A DNA stretch of 64,000 nt from a virus: positions 120,885 to 184,884 of IMG/VR virus record IMGVR_UViG_3300016657_000126. The stretch is one strand, 5' to 3'. Below the pieces are notes generated by a model. That model did not search any database, was not told the DNA's origin, and saw only the letters and a program-made list of their open reading frames with translations. A program made the translations under genes and the position numbers. Shown in pieces: positions 61,985 through 64,000 of the stretch (the first letter of the stretch is position 1; the number at the start of each line of letters is the position of its first letter).

Positions 61985-62506
61985 TTAGGCCAGGGGCACC
62001 GGGATATACGTCAGCTTGATGCGGAGCACCTTGCTGTTCGCAGGGATCGAGGTGTTGTTCGTGGCGGCGACGTCCTTCACGCCACCTTCGCAGTGACCCA
62101 CGATCTGGGTGCCCGCGGTGGCGGCCTTGATGTCGCCGGTGGTGCCGTCGACGGTGACGGGGGTGCCTTCGGCGTAGGTGTCGGCGGCCTTGAAATAGGG
62201 GGTCTCGATGACGAGGTCCTCGCCCGGGTTGAAGGCGGCCAGCTTCTCGGCGTCGAGCACGTCGGTGTCCGTCGAGTCGCCGTAGGCGAAGTAGGGACGG
62301 CCCTTCGAGTTGACGGCGTCGTAGCCGCGGATGAACTGGAGCGAGCCAGCGACATCGACGAGGGAGCAGACTTGGCCGGAGAGGATGGTCTCGCCGGACT
62401 TCACGGGTGCGGAGCGAATCAGGGACTTCGCGGTGTTCTGAGGATCGAACCCCTTGACGACCTGAATACGCGGTTTGTTGCGCTGGTAGGTGCCGGTGTT
62501 GGGCAT
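61985..62506 (-). CDS. capsid decoration/cement protein
   Basis: 173 aa upstream of the MCP; TYAEGTPVTV..GDIK..IVGHC. Confidence 0.6.
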   Translation of the reverse strand: MPNTGTYQRNKPRIQVVKGFDPQNTAKSLIRSAPVKSGETILSGQVCSLVDVAGSLQFIRGYDAVNSKGRPYFAYGDSTDTDVLDAEKLAAFNPGEDLVIETPYFKAADTYAEGTPVTVDGTTGDIKAATAGTQIVGHCEGGVKDVAATNNTSIPANSKVLRIKLTYIPVPLA

Positions 62507-62533
62507 GGTATTGGGCGCTTGTTTTTGTTACCG

Positions 62534-62929
62534 TCAGTCGTAAGCCAGCTTGCGCTGGCCCTCGGAGGACGGCGTCTCCGACCCCGTGCGGGGGAACCCA
62601 CGGCCGTCAGCCGGCATGTGGGAAAAGGTTTGGTCGAGTAGCTGCGTGGCGAACTTCACCAGCGCGTCAGGCGACTCGAGATAGAGATCGGCGGCGCGCT
62701 GGGCGGCGGCTTTCTCAAGCCCTCCGCGGTGCAGCGCGCGCACGAATGCGGCTTTCACATCCGCCGACGCCACCTTCAGGAGCTCGATCTGCGGCGACGG
62801 ACGACGCTCGGCTTCCTTGCGGAGACGCGCGTTGTCTTGTTCGAGAGCGGTCAGCTCCCGAGCAAGGCCGTCGAGGACGTCGGCGACCTTGATGAGAGCT
62901 TCGCGAGGAACTTGAACCGTCGGGAGCAT
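62534..62929 (-). CDS. hypothetical head-assembly protein (K-x-A motifs)
   Basis: 131 aa, coiled coil, about 7 K-x-A motifs. Confidence 0.6.
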   Translation of the reverse strand: MLPTVQVPREALIKVADVLDGLARELTALEQDNARLRKEAERRPSPQIELLKVASADVKAAFVRALHRGGLEKAAAQRAADLYLESPDALVKFATQLLDQTFSHMPADGRGFPRTGSETPSSEGQRKLAYD

Positions 62930-62960
62930 AGCGCCTTGGGTGGCGGTGGTGGGACGCGGA

Positions 62961-64000
62961 TTACTTGGCGGTCGAGGCGGGCTTCTTCAGCTCGGTCTCG
63001 CGGCGGGAGGCGTATTTGGTGATGGCGCGGGTGGCGAGGGCGGCAGCCTTCTCGGCGGGCGGCATCTTGGCGATCTCCTCGTCGGAGGGGCCCTCGGCGG
63101 GCGCGCCTTCGCCGCCGGCGGGGGCACCGCCCTGGGCGCCGAGCTCGGTGAGGATCTGCTGGGCCTCCTCGGCCGTGATCTCGCCGGACTCGACCATCTG
63201 CTGGATCAGCGCGATGATCTCCTCGGGGTTGATCTGGGTGCCCTCAGAGCCGGGAAGCGCGCCAACGTCACCCTCGGCGCCGACCATCGCGCCGGCGTCG
63301 TCCACGCCCTGGGCGTAGGCGGCCTTGAGCAGCGGGTGGTTGAGCTGGGGGATGGCGTCGAGGCGGGCGAGGTGGGCCTCGGCGGCGGCCTTCTTCCAGG
63401 TGTCGTCGCGCTTGGTGGAAGCACGCTTCTCGATGGAGTGACAGAGGACCTCGACGAAGAGACCGTGCGCTTCTTGGGCGGCGGCGAGCTTCACGAGCTG
63501 CTCCTGCTCGACGGCGTGGGCCTCGGCGGCGGACTTGAGGAGATCGCGGGCGACTTCCTGACCGAGGCGGCGCTCGAGGTGGGAGGCGAGCAAGGCGCGA
63601 CCCTCTTCAGTAGCGGCGAGCTCGGAGGCGATCTTGACGTAAATCTGATCGATGCCCGCGGGGGCGTCGGTGGCGGCGCCGGCGGGGGCGGCCGCGGACT
63701 TGGGCGAGGCGGGCGCGGCAGCAGCCGCGGGGGCCGGGGCGGCAGCAGCAGGAGCCGCGGCGGACTTGGAGTGGTCGGCGGAGGCCAGATGACGGAGGGA
63801 GGCGCCGAGACCCGCGAGGGCGCCGGCGGTCTTCTCGCTACCGGCCTGGACGGTCTTGGCGGGAGAAGGAGCGTTCTCGCCCGCACCACCCGGCTTACCC
63901 GCGGCGTTGCCGGGGATGTCGGTGCCGTTGTCCTTGTTCACAGGCTTCTGCTGCGAAGGAAGGCCGGTCTTGGAGGGGTCGTCGCCGTCCGGGTGAGCCG
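62961..64000 (-). CDS. scaffold-like head protein (5' end beyond window)
   Basis: Frame is open to the window edge (AHPDGDDPSKTG...); A/P-rich with more than 10 K-x-A motifs. Confidence 0.6.
   Translation of the reverse strand, partial: AHPDGDDPSKTGLPSQQKPVNKDNGTDIPGNAAGKPGGAGENAPSPAKTVQAGSEKTAGALAGLGASLRHLASADHSKSAAAPAAAAPAPAAAAAPASPKSAAAPAGAATDAPAGIDQIYVKIASELAATEEGRALLASHLERRLGQEVARDLLKSAAEAHAVEQEQLVKLAAAQEAHGLFVEVLCHSIEKRASTKRDDTWKKAAAEAHLARLDAIPQLNHPLLKAAYAQGVDDAGAMVGAEGDVGALPGSEGTQINPEEIIALIQQMVESGEITAEEAQQILTELGAQGGAPAGGEGAPAEGPSDEEIAKMPPAEKAAALATRAITKYASRRETELKKPASTAK

Overview
This 64 kb window is a high-GC segment of a large tailed (myovirus-like) bacteriophage genome, mostly coded on the - strand. 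The left third is a replication/recombination block: RecQ (partial), RecA/UvsX, an SSB-like protein with FG/Q-rich tail, family A DNA polymerase with a UDG-like N-domain and an intein, DnaG-type primase, a winged-HTH initiator-like protein, DnaB-type helicase, an intein-containing SF2 helicase, SbcCD and RNase H. A + strand terminase large subunit follows, then baseplate genes, a sigma70-type factor, a Cys-rich lower-GC fibre region, tape measure with frameshifted chaperone, spike, tube, sheath, neck, MYG1, major capsid, decoration and scaffold-like genes. Best candidate new system: a stand-alone RAMP (Cas7-like) gene (18195-18671) with no CRISPR array in the window, directly downstream of an ~80-nt terminator-bounded small RNA. 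That RNA is complementary, in non-contiguous blocks, to the 5' leaders of the initiator-like gene (24 nt in three blocks), the SSB-like gene (14/15 + 5 nt) and the RAMP gene itself (7 nt). Also notable: a polymerase intein whose HNH endonuclease is encoded in a different reading frame, a candidate origin inside the initiator gene, two further structured ncRNA candidates, and a pervasive K-x-A motif in head proteins. All assignments come from motif reading by eye; no searches were run.
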